Source: Eubacteriales bacterium
GTDB lineage: Bacteria > Bacillota > Clostridia > Christensenellales > CAG-138
Direction: 5' to 3'
NCBI GenBank assembly: GCA_031549625.1
Contig: JAVBPK010000116.1
Coordinates: 1-53,037, forward strand
Length of the DNA stretch: 53,037 nucleotides
In this document: positions 8,649 to 18,053 of the stretch, piece after piece
How positions within the stretch are numbered: position 1 is the stretch's first letter
How the letters are laid out: the number at the start of each line of letters is the position of its first letter
Translations under genes and position numbers: made by a program
The notes under the pieces: model-generated
What the model was told of the DNA's origin: nothing
The model's input: the letters and a program-made list of their open reading frames with translations, nothing else
The model's database searches: none

Positions 8649-9763
8649 ACGATAAGCAAGGGCGTATAGGCAGGCAGGAAGCGTTATGCATAGTGGCCAT
8701 AGCGGCCTGTTGCAGCGGCATATTTACCGTCGATAGCCGCCAGATGTACGAGCGGGGAAATTCGGCCTATGTCTCTGTATTGATCTCCACATTGCTGGTG
8801 CTCGTGGTATTTCTGTTTACGGCGCGCGCCATGCGGCAAACAAAGGCGGGAAATCTCTGGGAATTGTTGCGCATTGGTTTGGGCCCCGTGCTGGGCAGGG
8901 TGGCAGCTTTGTTGTATGTTGCGTTATTGGGCATAGCCGCGGCAATTCTGCTCGGCAGGTTCTCGTTGATGGTGCAGCGGTTTATTTTCCCGGAGGCACA
9001 AGAATGGCGTATCGCCATCTACTTGCTCGTGGCGGCCTGCGTACCGGCATGGCTGGGGTTGGAAGGAATTTCACGCACATCGAGGCTTTTGGTGTGGCTG
9101 CTGGCGGCATCGTTGCTGGGCACACTGCTGCTTGCGTCCAATCATTATGAATTATATCGGCTGGCCCCGTATTTGGGCGATGGCACCTTGCATTTGCTCG
9201 ATCAAAGCCTAAACGGCACGATGCTTTTCTTTCCCGCACTCATCGGCCTGCTCGTTGTGGCGCGCGGTGTGCACGGAGCGCAGCATGCGAGCAAAGCGGG
9301 ATATGGCGCGGGTATCATCGGCGGCGTGTTGACGGCGGTCAGCCAGCTTTGTTTGGGCATGACATATGCGTACCGTGATCTGGCGCAAATGCATTCGCCG
9401 ATGTATCGCCTTACGATGGGCTTCAAAACGGGCGGTTATTTTTCAAAGCTGGATACGTTGCTCGTATTTGGCTGGCTGATAGGGGCAATGCTGGCGGCAA
9501 GCTATTACATCTATTCGGCGTCGCTGCTGTTTATGGGTGCGTTTGATATGGAAGATATACGCCCGTCGGTAGCGGCATTCGGTGCCTGCACGGGTGCGGG
9601 CATATTGCTACTGCATGCACAAAACGTAAATTTTGTAGAGCAGTTTATGCATTTTTATTCAAATTATGGCTATATCGTGGCGGCGGCTCCGCTGTTGCTG
9701 GCGGCATTGTGCGCATTGATGCAGGTGCGGCGGCACAGCGCCAGAGGGGAGGAAGCGGCATGA
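8645..9763 (+). CDS. Spore germination protein, GerA-family B subunit (APC-type permease-like)
   Basis: Start ATG 8645 overlaps the A-subunit stop (ATGA). About 10 TM segments. The 432-nt N-terminal extension of the listed ORF (8213-) lies out of frame inside the A gene and is discarded. Confidence 0.85.
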   Translation: MNDKQGRIGRQEALCIVAIAACCSGIFTVDSRQMYERGNSAYVSVLISTLLVLVVFLFTARAMRQTKAGNLWELLRIGLGPVLGRVAALLYVALLGIAAAILLGRFSLMVQRFIFPEAQEWRIAIYLLVAACVPAWLGLEGISRTSRLLVWLLAASLLGTLLLASNHYELYRLAPYLGDGTLHLLDQSLNGTMLFFPALIGLLVVARGVHGAQHASKAGYGAGIIGGVLTAVSQLCLGMTYAYRDLAQMHSPMYRLTMGFKTGGYFSKLDTLLVFGWLIGAMLAASYYIYSASLLFMGAFDMEDIRPSVAAFGACTGAGILLLHAQNVNFVEQFMHFYSNYGYIVAAAPLLLAALCALMQVRRHSARGEEAA

Positions 9764-11025
9764 GAAAGAAACGTGCGAGACGGCTGGCGTTGTTTCTGGC
9801 GGTGGTTTGCCTAGTCTGCGGTTTGGCGGGTTGTCTGGGTGCGAAAAGCCCCGATGAATATGGCTATGCCATGATAATAGGCGTGGATGAAGGGCAAGAG
9901 AAATCGTTTCGCGTCAGCATGCTTTTGCAGCGCGGGAACGGGAGCAGCGAGGCCGCGGCAAAGGAAGGCCCCGGTGAGCTGGTGAGCGTAGAGTGTGAAA
10001 GTTTATTTGAAGCCATCGATATGCTGGAAAGGAGTTTGCCTTTCGCCTTAACGCTTTCTCGCGCCAGCGCCATCGTGTTCAGCGAGGCATTAGCGGAAAG
10101 CGGCAGCATCGACGCGGTGTTGTCCGCGTCTCTGGGCACACTGCTCATCCGCTATTACGCAAATCTGCTGGTTACAAGGGGAAGCGCGGAAGCGTACTTG
10201 AAGGGTTTGCAGGGCAAGGTGGAACAAAACGTTGCCAAGCTGCAATACAATTTCGTAGAGTATAGCGAACAAACAGGCTATATTCCGGCAATCACGCTGG
10301 CGGAATTCTACGGCAACGCGTGGAGCGGAGCGGGGGATGTTCTGCTGCCGTTAGCCGCGGAGGAACAAAAAGAACAAGGCGGGCAAACAGAAGAAGATGG
10401 CGCTTTGTTCGAAAAAACGAAAAAGGCCGGTGCGGCTGAAGAAGCAAAGCAAACGGATATGCTTGGCGCGGCGGAGATGTTGCCGGGCGAAGAAGAAAGA
10501 AACGGCGGCATGGGCGTAGGCATGATGGGCAGCGCGGTATTCGATGGCGCGCGCATGGTGGGCGTGTTGAACGGAACGCACACGCAGGCTGTTATGATGG
10601 CGACTGGCAGATTTAAGCAGGGAAGGATGCGCATGCACCTGCCCGGAGGCGAAGAATATAGCGCCATGCTGAGCCAGCAAAGCAGGCCGGAAGTGTCGCT
10701 GTGGTTGGGCGAAAAGCCGCGCGCGGAGATAAAAGTCTCTCTGTTTGCCACATCTGAACAACCGGCGCGTACGGCGGCATATACGAACGAGCAGCTACAG
10801 CAATGGGCCGGTGAATACATCGAGGAGCTGCTGAACAAGATTTTTTCAGCCTGCAAGGAAAGCGGGGCGGACGTGTTCGAGCTGGGCAAGGCTGCGGCCG
10901 TGCAATTTTCGGATACGAATCAATGGGAAACATTCGACTGGAAAAAGGAATACGCAAAGTTGGAAGTCGTGTTTGCTGTAGATGTGCAGTTCCTGTATAA
11001 TCCGGCGCGCTCAAAACTGGAATAA
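9760..11025 (+). CDS. Spore germination lipoprotein, Ger(x)C subunit
   Basis: ATG 9760 overlaps the B-subunit stop (ATGA). Signal peptide and lipobox MRKKRARRLALFLAVVCLVCGLAGC. Size and position fit the third gene of a gerA-type operon. Confidence 0.85.
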   Translation: MRKKRARRLALFLAVVCLVCGLAGCLGAKSPDEYGYAMIIGVDEGQEKSFRVSMLLQRGNGSSEAAAKEGPGELVSVECESLFEAIDMLERSLPFALTLSRASAIVFSEALAESGSIDAVLSASLGTLLIRYYANLLVTRGSAEAYLKGLQGKVEQNVAKLQYNFVEYSEQTGYIPAITLAEFYGNAWSGAGDVLLPLAAEEQKEQGGQTEEDGALFEKTKKAGAAEEAKQTDMLGAAEMLPGEEERNGGMGVGMMGSAVFDGARMVGVLNGTHTQAVMMATGRFKQGRMRMHLPGGEEYSAMLSQQSRPEVSLWLGEKPRAEIKVSLFATSEQPARTAAYTNEQLQQWAGEYIEELLNKIFSACKESGADVFELGKAAAVQFSDTNQWETFDWKKEYAKLEVVFAVDVQFLYNPARSKLE

Positions 11026-11040
11026 AGGGGCAAGGGACAT

Positions 11041-11196
11041 ATGTTCGTTTTTATCATTGTCGAAATAATTGCGGCGGCGTACGCGCTCACATACGCCTGG
11101 CATTGCGCGCAAAACAAAAAAAGCCTCGCTATGAGCGGAGCGGCGTTGCTTGCTTGTCTGGCGCTTTTTTTGGGGGTGATGCTATGGTGGTTATAG
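11041..11196 (+). CDS. Small two-TM membrane protein (51 aa), possible germinant-receptor D-type subunit
   Basis: ATG 11041 lies 15 nt after the gerC stop. MFVFIIVEIIAAAYALTYAW-HCAQNKKS-LAMSGAALLACLALFLGVMLWWL gives two hydrophobic helices joined by a basic loop. Below the ORF-track length cutoff; read directly from the sequence. Confidence 0.45.
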   Translation: MFVFIIVEIIAAAYALTYAWHCAQNKKSLAMSGAALLACLALFLGVMLWWL

Positions 11197-11415
11197 TGTC
11201 GCAGGCGGGCGGCGGAAAAGGCGGTGCAGTTTATCGGCAGCTTCTTCGCGAAGCTGCTTTGTCGTTTCTTCGTCCGTTATAAAAAGTTCGCCACAAAAGA
11301 CGAGCTTGTCGCCTTCTCGCACGGTGTCGCCAAGCCTGCTGCGTTCAAGGCGTATGTAAGCGCCCGCAAGCAGTTCGCAAACGGCAAAATCCCCTTCAAA
11401 ACGGTCAACAATCAT
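11191..11415 (-). CDS. DUF3006 domain protein
   Basis: 74 aa. The MIVDRFEGDFAVCEL start and the ...DEEETTKQLREEAADKLHRLF tail match the DUF3006 pattern as I recall it. The SD AAGGAGG sits an unusually long 14 nt upstream. Confidence 0.6.
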   Translation of the reverse strand: MIVDRFEGDFAVCELLAGAYIRLERSRLGDTVREGDKLVFCGELFITDEETTKQLREEAADKLHRLFRRPPATL

Positions 11416-11472
11416 ACGTAATGCGAGTTCCTCCTTCGCCGATCTTTCTTCAGTATAGTGGTTTTCAAAAAG

Positions 11473-11486
11473 AATGTATATACATT
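11473..11486. promoter_or_regulatory. Perfect 14-bp palindrome (candidate operator) in a divergent promoter region
   Basis: aatgtatatacatt equals its own reverse complement. It lies between the divergent DUF3006 gene and the small-ORF/PP2C pair, upstream of an extended -10-like tgtTATACT. Confidence 0.35.
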
Positions 11487-11589
11487 ATATATACGCATCG
11501 TGCAATGTAAAAAATTGTCGAACATTTGTGTTTATTATGTTATACTGTCAACAAAAGATTCATTGAGCAATATTTCAGGAGCGTGTATA

Positions 11590-11835
11590 ATGATGAAAAG
11601 CAAAATAGAAGTCATTAACGGCATTACTGTCGAAATTCCTGAATTAGATGATTTGGGCGAAAAAGAGCGTGATAAGCTTGCCGCATTGGCTACGCAGGAA
11701 TATAATAAAACAGGGACGCTCAGCAGCCCCAGTTTGCAAGAGGCAAATCGCAAATTTGTGGAAGACGCCAAATCCCACATGCTTCGGGACGACAAAGCGG
11801 AATGTGTCGCGGATGACGAAGAGAAGCGCGAATGA
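11590..11835 (+). CDS. Hypothetical small acidic protein (81 aa)
   Basis: ORF 11458-11835 trimmed to ATG 11590 behind AGGAG. It ends 21 nt before the phosphatase gene, so an operon is likely. No recognisable motif. Confidence 0.5.
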   Translation: MMKSKIEVINGITVEIPELDDLGEKERDKLAALATQEYNKTGTLSSPSLQEANRKFVEDAKSHMLRDDKAECVADDEEKRE

Positions 11836-11856
11836 AATACATAACGGAGGAAGATC

Positions 11857-12945
11857 ATGCTCGAGAAGGACATCGATATCTTGCGCGGAGTACTGGACGC
11901 GATGCAGGATATGTTTCGGGTGCTTGATCTCAACCAGTCGGTCATACTAACAAACAAAAGTTATCAAGATTGCTTTGGCGATCAGCTTGGCGCGGCCTGT
12001 AATGAAATGTTTGGGTTGTCGCATTGTTGCGCAAAATGCATATCCAAATTAGCATTAGAAACCGGCCAACCACAAAAAAAGCATAGGCGATTCCAAAAGG
12101 TCATCTACCTCATGACGGCATCGCCTCTTTACGATTCAAAAAACAACGCCATCGGTACGGTGGAAGTGTTCAGCGACATCACCGATCAATATCTCCAGCA
12201 GGACGCTTTACGCGTGCAAAACAAACGCCTCTTGCGTGAGGCGGGTTTGGCCGCGCAAATGCAGCGCGATCTTTTCCTTGCGCAAGGTCAGCCGGATTCG
12301 CGCGTACGCATGGACTCGCGCTATTTGCCGGCCAGCAGCATGGGCGGCGATATGTTCGGCTGTTTGCGCCAAAACGATGATCGAACAAGTTTTTATATTG
12401 CGGATGTTTCCGGCCATGGTATGGCGGCGGCCATGATAACGCTGCTGCTTGCAAATGTCATGCGGGGCACGCAGGCGAGGTCCGCGGTTCAGCTGTTGTA
12501 CAGAGCGAGGGAAGCGTTCTTGTCCATGGTGAAAGACGATCAGCTATACGTATCCATGTTTGTGGCGCTGCTCGATCCCGAAACAGGCCGGCTTTCGTGG
12601 GCAAACGCGGGCCTAAACGCCATACCGCTGCTCGTAAACGGCGAAGTGATGGAACGCCTGTATGCGCCGGCGCTTCCCGTTTGCAACTGGGAGGATGAAA
12701 TCATATACCGTGAGCGCCGCAACACAATGCAAATAGGCGGGCGTTTATTGCTATATACTGACGGGTTGCTGGACGATAAGTCCAGCGCGCTCACCGAAGA
12801 AGAATTAGAAAAATGCATGCTCGAACACGAAGGCGACGCATTGCTCAAGACCTTGCAAAAAAAAGTCAAATCCGACCACGACGATGATGTGTGCATGCTC
12901 TTAATCACGCGCGTGGGCGAAGAAATGACGGAAGAACAACAGTAA
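11857..12945 (+). CDS. PAS-like sensor domain plus PP2C/SpoIIE-family Ser/Thr phosphatase
   Basis: C-terminal PP2C/SpoIIE pattern: GGDMFG...FYIADVSGHGMAAAM...LLLYTDGL. The N-terminal ~120 aa are PAS-like and carry five Cys (CFGDQLGAACNEMFGLSHCCAKC). SD GGAGGA. Confidence 0.85.
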   Translation: MLEKDIDILRGVLDAMQDMFRVLDLNQSVILTNKSYQDCFGDQLGAACNEMFGLSHCCAKCISKLALETGQPQKKHRRFQKVIYLMTASPLYDSKNNAIGTVEVFSDITDQYLQQDALRVQNKRLLREAGLAAQMQRDLFLAQGQPDSRVRMDSRYLPASSMGGDMFGCLRQNDDRTSFYIADVSGHGMAAAMITLLLANVMRGTQARSAVQLLYRAREAFLSMVKDDQLYVSMFVALLDPETGRLSWANAGLNAIPLLVNGEVMERLYAPALPVCNWEDEIIYRERRNTMQIGGRLLLYTDGLLDDKSSALTEEELEKCMLEHEGDALLKTLQKKVKSDHDDDVCMLLITRVGEEMTEEQQ

Positions 12946-13112
12946 CGCGGCCTTTTTCACAACGTGTTATCATTACTAACATGAATATTCCATAAACAAA
13001 TAACAGATAGTTGTTTGGCGGCTTTAAAAAAGGGAATACATGCTATATAATAGATACGTAGAAAAGATACAAGACGAACGCTTGTGTCCATTTGCCTATA
13101 GGGGGGGAGTAC

Positions 13113-13955
13113 ATGTCTTATGACGAAATCATAAATGCCATCGGCAGTGGCTTTATGCAGTTTTCGTTCGGAGACGCACTAGATATCATAATCATATCCT
13201 ATCTTCTGTATAGGCTCATCACCTGGACAAGGCAGACGCGTGCGTACCAGGTGCTTAAGGGTTTTGCCATATTATTCCTCACCTATTTTTTGGCGCAGCT
13301 TTTCTCATTAAACACATTAAAGTTTCTGTTAAGCTCCGTTGTGCAGTCCTTGATACTCGTCATTGTGGTGTTGTTCCAGCCGGAGATACGGCGCGCGTTC
13401 GAGCATATTGGGCGCGGACGTTTTCTGGATAAGGCAAGCTGGGCGGGCCTGCTTACAGAATCGGCCGATGCCGCGCTGGAGCTGCAAAAGGCAGTGCAGA
13501 GCATGGCGCGCCGCCGGATTGGCGCACTCATAGTCATTGAACAATCGGTGGCGCTGGGCGATATCATCGCCACAGGCACGCGCATAGAAGGCGTCGTATC
13601 CGGCCCTCTCATCGAAAATATATTCGAACCAAACACGCCTCTGCACGATGGCGCCATTGTCGTTCGCGGCAATATCATTGTGGCGGCAGGCTGCTTTTTG
13701 CCCCTGTCAGATGACGCGGACATTGCCAGGGAGCTGGGCACACGCCACAGAGCCGCGTTGGGTATTTCCAGCGTATCAGACAGCGTAACGCTCGTGGTAT
13801 CAGAAGAAACAGGCATCATCTCATACGCGCGCGACGGCAAGATCACGCGCTATATGGATACAAAGGCATTGAAAGATCTTTTGGAAGGCATATTTGTCAA
13901 CGAAAAAAACACCTCATTCGCCTGGTTCAAGTGGAGGAATAAAAATGGAAGTTGA
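13113..13955 (+). CDS. cdaA: Diadenylate cyclase CdaA
   Basis: Trimmed to ATG 13113 (GGGGGGAG SD). Three N-terminal TM helices plus a DAC domain with the HDGAIVV and GTRHRAALG motifs. Confidence 0.92.
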   Translation: MSYDEIINAIGSGFMQFSFGDALDIIIISYLLYRLITWTRQTRAYQVLKGFAILFLTYFLAQLFSLNTLKFLLSSVVQSLILVIVVLFQPEIRRAFEHIGRGRFLDKASWAGLLTESADAALELQKAVQSMARRRIGALIVIEQSVALGDIIATGTRIEGVVSGPLIENIFEPNTPLHDGAIVVRGNIIVAAGCFLPLSDDADIARELGTRHRAALGISSVSDSVTLVVSEETGIISYARDGKITRYMDTKALKDLLEGIFVNEKNTSFAWFKWRNKNGS

Positions 13956-15231
13956 GCAAAAGGGCGAAAACAAAAAGAATAATTTCATTCACAACGTCCT
14001 GCTCAAAAATCTGGGCGTTAAAATAGCGTCGCTTCTTTTTGGCGTGGTCATCTGGGGCGTGGTGCTCACCACTCAAAATCCGCCGCGCATAAAAGTAATA
14101 ACCGATGTGCCGGTCAGCTTCAGCACCGAGTACGAGCTCCACAGCAAAGAGCTGGTTGTTCGCGGCAATGTATTGCAGGAGCTGGGTGGCATTACCGTGC
14201 GCGTAAACACGCCCGTCACCACATACCGCGACTTTACAAAAGAAAACTTAACGGCCATCATTCGCCTAAACAACATTACGTCTGCGGGTGTTTGGAGCTT
14301 GCCTATTCAAGTTACGACGACCAAAGCGGGCTGCACCATAGACAGTGTGACCCCTGAAAAAGTCCAGGTCGAAATCGATACGCTCATGACCAAGCGAATC
14401 CCCCTCGAAGCATACTATGAAGGCGCGTTGCCGGAAGGGTACATGTCCGATCCGGCGCAATTAAGCGAAAGCTCGCTTGAGATTCGCGGTCCCCGGCAGG
14501 ACGCCATAAATGTCACAAAAGCCATCTGCCGCATCAAAATGACGGGGCGCACCCAAAGCTATAACGATGCGTTGGATGTCGTATTGCTCGACGCGTCCGG
14601 CAACGAAGTAGACAGCTCCTATTTCATCGGAGGGCTCCCGACGGTAACGGTGAGCATGCCGGTATATCCCAAAAAGACGGTGCCGATCGATTTGTGGGGT
14701 TCCTTGCTGGGCGCGGATAACCTCGCCGCGAATTACGAACTCAACAACATCGTTGCGACGCCGCCTACGGTTGATATCCGCGGCGATCAGGAAGTATTGG
14801 CGGGTATTACGGCCTTAAAAGTGGAAAGCATAGATTTAACGGGCCGCAAAGAGGGCGTGCATGAAAAACGTGCGCTGGTATTGCCGGAGGGCGTAACATT
14901 GCTGACAAAAATAGAGGATATCGACGTGTTCGTCGACATCCGTGAGAAAATGGTCGGCAAGGTCTTTGAAGCCGTAGAGATAGAGCCCTTGGGGCTAAAC
15001 GGCAAGCTGAACGCGGTGATGAGCATCGAAAAAACTGATGTCAGCATCGAAGGGCGCGTAAGCTTGGTGGAGTTCTTAGATAGAAACGAAGTCAAGGCAT
15101 ATGTAGACGTAAATGGCCTGAAAGAAGGCACATACGAATTAAACGTCAGCGTATATCTTGGCGACGAAGAAACCACCCTGGAAGTGACGAGCGTGTTGAG
15201 CGTTGCAAAAGTGACGGTCACGATCAGCTAG
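13945..15231 (+). CDS. cdaR: CdaR (YbbR-domain regulator of CdaA)
   Basis: ATG 13945 (GGAGGA SD) overlaps the cdaA 3' end by 11 nt. One N-terminal TM helix followed by repeated YbbR-like beta domains. Confidence 0.85.
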   Translation: MEVEQKGENKKNNFIHNVLLKNLGVKIASLLFGVVIWGVVLTTQNPPRIKVITDVPVSFSTEYELHSKELVVRGNVLQELGGITVRVNTPVTTYRDFTKENLTAIIRLNNITSAGVWSLPIQVTTTKAGCTIDSVTPEKVQVEIDTLMTKRIPLEAYYEGALPEGYMSDPAQLSESSLEIRGPRQDAINVTKAICRIKMTGRTQSYNDALDVVLLDASGNEVDSSYFIGGLPTVTVSMPVYPKKTVPIDLWGSLLGADNLAANYELNNIVATPPTVDIRGDQEVLAGITALKVESIDLTGRKEGVHEKRALVLPEGVTLLTKIEDIDVFVDIREKMVGKVFEAVEIEPLGLNGKLNAVMSIEKTDVSIEGRVSLVEFLDRNEVKAYVDVNGLKEGTYELNVSVYLGDEETTLEVTSVLSVAKVTVTIS

Positions 15232-15264
15232 CGGCATAAATATAAAAACAGAAAAGAATTTACA

Positions 15265-16875
15265 ATGGCCTTATTGCTATCAAATATCAAAATGCCCCTT
15301 TCGTCCGATATCAGCGATTTGCCTCAGCTCATAGCCGAGGCTTACTCCGTTCCAAAGGAATGCGTGCAGGCGGTGCGTCTTGTGCGCCAGTCGCTGGACG
15401 CGCGAAAAAAGCAGGACATCCATTTTGTCATAACGGCTGTCGTACAGATGGAGCCGGTTTGGCAGGCGCGGCTGATGAAGCGCGCGGACGCCGGCGTAAA
15501 AGTCTACGAACAAATCGAAGAATATACCCTCCCAAAAGGAACAGATATTCTGCAAGAGCGCATCGTGGTGGTCGGAATGGGGCCGGCCGGCCTTTTTGCG
15601 GCCTATTTTTTGGCGCAGGCGGGGTATAAGCCGCTGTTAGTCGAGCGTGGCTGCGAGGTGGAAAAACGTGTAGCGGATGTGGAACGCTTTTGGAACGAAG
15701 GCCTGTTGCACGAAGAAAGCAACGTTATGTTTGGCGAAGGTGGCGCCGGCGCGTTTTCAGACGGCAAACTAACCGCGCGCAGCAAAGATGCGCGTGCGGA
15801 TGTGGTTTTAAAGACGCTGGCGGCGATGGGCGCACCGCAGGATATCGCCTATCATGCCAAGCCCCATGTTGGTACGGATTTATTGCGCGGCGTGGTAAAA
15901 AGCATGCGCGAATGGATAAGCCGTATGGGCGGCGAAGTCCGCTTCGAAACTACTTTGTCCGGCTTGCATATTACAGAAGGCCGCCTCACGGCGGTGCGGC
16001 TGACGCAACGCGACGGCAGAGAAGAGCGGCTGGCATGCGCGGCTTGCATATTGGCCATCGGGCAGGCGGCGCGCGACACATACGAAATGCTGCATGCGGC
16101 GGGTGTGGTTTTGCAGCCGAAACCTTTTGCGGTGGGGCTGCGCGTGGAACATCCGCAAGCGCTCATAGACCGCGTGCAGTTCGGCGCTGCCGCGGGGGAC
16201 AAGCGGCTGGGCGCGGCGGAATATCATTTGGCGGCGCGATCCGGTTCGCGTGGCGTATATACGTTTTGCATGTGCCCGGGCGGGCATGTAATCGCATCTT
16301 CGTCTGGCGCGGGCCAGGTGGTGGTAAACGGCATGAGTACGCGCGCCCGCAACGCGGAAAACGCAAACGCGGCGGTGGTGGTGCAGGTAGGGCCGGAAGA
16401 CTTTGGCATGGATCCGTTTGCGGGCATACGTTTTCAGGAGGCGTTGGAAAGGCAAGCGTTTGTGGCGGGTGGCGGCGGATATGCAGCGCCCGTTCAGCGC
16501 GTGGACGATTTTTTAGCCGCCGGCAAAACAAAAACATTTGGCGCCGTATTGCCCAGCTATCGGCCCGGCGTACAGCCATATCGACTGGACGAACTGTTGC
16601 CGCCGGTTGTGGCGGCTGGCATTCGCGACGGCATGCGCGCGTTCGATCAGCAACTAAAAGGCTTTGCAATGCCGGATGCTGTGTTTACCGGCGTAGAAAG
16701 CAGAACGAGCGCGCCTGTACGTATCGTGCGCGATGAAAGGCAAGAGGCGGTTGGGATAGGCGGGCTATATCCCGTTGGCGAAGGCGCCGGATACGCGGGC
16801 GGCATAGTAAGCGCCGCGATCGACGGCATGCGGGCCGCGGAATGCGTCGCCGCGAAGTACGCCGCGCAAACGTAA
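15265..16875 (+). CDS. FAD-dependent protein, COG2509 type (uncharacterised NAD(FAD)-utilising dehydrogenase)
   Basis: 536 aa. Dinucleotide fold IVVVGMGPAGLFAAYFLAQAG. GEGGAGAFSDGKL and C-terminal GEGAGYAGGIVSAAIDG motifs. Confidence 0.8.
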   Translation: MALLLSNIKMPLSSDISDLPQLIAEAYSVPKECVQAVRLVRQSLDARKKQDIHFVITAVVQMEPVWQARLMKRADAGVKVYEQIEEYTLPKGTDILQERIVVVGMGPAGLFAAYFLAQAGYKPLLVERGCEVEKRVADVERFWNEGLLHEESNVMFGEGGAGAFSDGKLTARSKDARADVVLKTLAAMGAPQDIAYHAKPHVGTDLLRGVVKSMREWISRMGGEVRFETTLSGLHITEGRLTAVRLTQRDGREERLACAACILAIGQAARDTYEMLHAAGVVLQPKPFAVGLRVEHPQALIDRVQFGAAAGDKRLGAAEYHLAARSGSRGVYTFCMCPGGHVIASSSGAGQVVVNGMSTRARNAENANAAVVVQVGPEDFGMDPFAGIRFQEALERQAFVAGGGGYAAPVQRVDDFLAAGKTKTFGAVLPSYRPGVQPYRLDELLPPVVAAGIRDGMRAFDQQLKGFAMPDAVFTGVESRTSAPVRIVRDERQEAVGIGGLYPVGEGAGYAGGIVSAAIDGMRAAECVAAKYAAQT

Positions 16876-17010
16876 GAGCCAACGGGCACGTTTATGCGGA
16901 TGTGGAGAGCTTTTGTCAATAAGAATATATTATTTCACACACACATCCTTTGCGCTGTATTTATAGTATAATGAAATAAAATAGATGTATGCGACAAACA
17001 AGGGGAAGGT

Positions 17011-17727
17011 ATGAAGAGATTTTACGTTCTTATCGGCAATTTTGGCAGCGGAAAAACCGAAATCTCTTTGAATTTCGCTTTTCAGGCGGCGAAGGAAAAT
17101 AGCGCCGTTTTGGTAGATTTAGACATTATCAACCCATATTTCCGTTCCGTGGAGCGCAAAATGGAACTAACCGAGGCCGGCGTGAAGCTATTGCACCCTG
17201 TGTTTGCGCTATCCACGGTGGACGTTCCGTCTTTGCCGCCGGACATTTATTCCGCGTTCATCGACGAACACGAAACGGTTATATTCGACGTTGGCGGCGA
17301 TCCGGCAGGGGCGACGGCCCTGGGCCAATACCACGCCCAATTCAAAGAAATCCCCAAGGAAGCGCTGGAAGTGCTGTATATAGTCAATCCACGCAGGCCG
17401 TTCTCAGCCACGCCGGAAATGATACTGGACATGATCGAGCGCATCAAATTCCGCTCGCGGCTTGACATCACCGGCTTCGTAAACAACGGCAATCTTTCCA
17501 CCGAATCTTCCGCAGACGATTTGTTGCTGGGCTACGACGTATTAAAACCCGTTTGCGAAAAAACGGGCATTCCTGTTGTGTACACATCCGGCCAAACGGA
17601 ATTTTTAAACGAATTTTTGCGCATGGCGGAGGAACGTGGGTTGGACAAACGTTTCATAGGCACGCCGTTGCCCATAAAAACCTACATGCACCGCGATTGG
17701 GATCGTTTTACGCGCCTGGGCGTGTAA
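17011..17727 (+). CDS. P-loop NTPase of unknown function (SIMIBI/GPN-loop-like)
   Basis: Walker A GNFGSGKTE at residues 9-17. VDLDIINPYF and FDVGGDPAG resemble the switch and Walker-B regions of MinD/GPN-type NTPases. 238 aa with no TM segment. Confidence 0.6.
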   Translation: MKRFYVLIGNFGSGKTEISLNFAFQAAKENSAVLVDLDIINPYFRSVERKMELTEAGVKLLHPVFALSTVDVPSLPPDIYSAFIDEHETVIFDVGGDPAGATALGQYHAQFKEIPKEALEVLYIVNPRRPFSATPEMILDMIERIKFRSRLDITGFVNNGNLSTESSADDLLLGYDVLKPVCEKTGIPVVYTSGQTEFLNEFLRMAEERGLDKRFIGTPLPIKTYMHRDWDRFTRLGV

Positions 17728-17828
17728 GGACGGCTTATAAAAAAGTTTGCCGTGGCCAAAGCAGGGGCGGAGGCACGGTGGCTTTTCTATAGATGGCATT
17801 CAAAAAAGAAAGTGAGGTTTTTGAAGCG

Positions 17829-18035
17829 ATGGCCAAAGTAACCATTAATGAAGAACGTTGCAAAGGCTGCGGGCTTTGTGCGCGTGCATGTCCGAAAAAG
17901 ATTATGCAGCTGTCCAAAACAAAGCTGAACTCTAAGGGGTATCATCCTGCTGAGGTAGTAGATCTGGAAGCGTGTATTGCTTGTGCGGCTTGTGCGCGGA
18001 CTTGCCCGGATGTTGTCATCCAGGTAGAAAAGTAA
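17829..18035 (+). CDS. 2-oxoacid:ferredoxin oxidoreductase delta subunit (2x[4Fe-4S] ferredoxin)
   Basis: Two CxxCxxCxxxCP motifs (CKGCGLCARACP, CIACAACARTCP). Start taken at the second ATG, 17829, for typical size; ATG 17793 is possible. Confidence 0.85.
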   Translation: MAKVTINEERCKGCGLCARACPKKIMQLSKTKLNSKGYHPAEVVDLEACIACAACARTCPDVVIQVEK

Positions 18036-18053
18036 GAAAGAGGAGGTAGAAAA

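Noticed and set aside
15690-16736. 348-aa ORF in an alternative + frame
   Set aside because: It is entirely embedded in the COG2509 flavoprotein gene. Its extreme Arg/Gly/Ala composition is typical of off-frame reading in GC-rich DNA.
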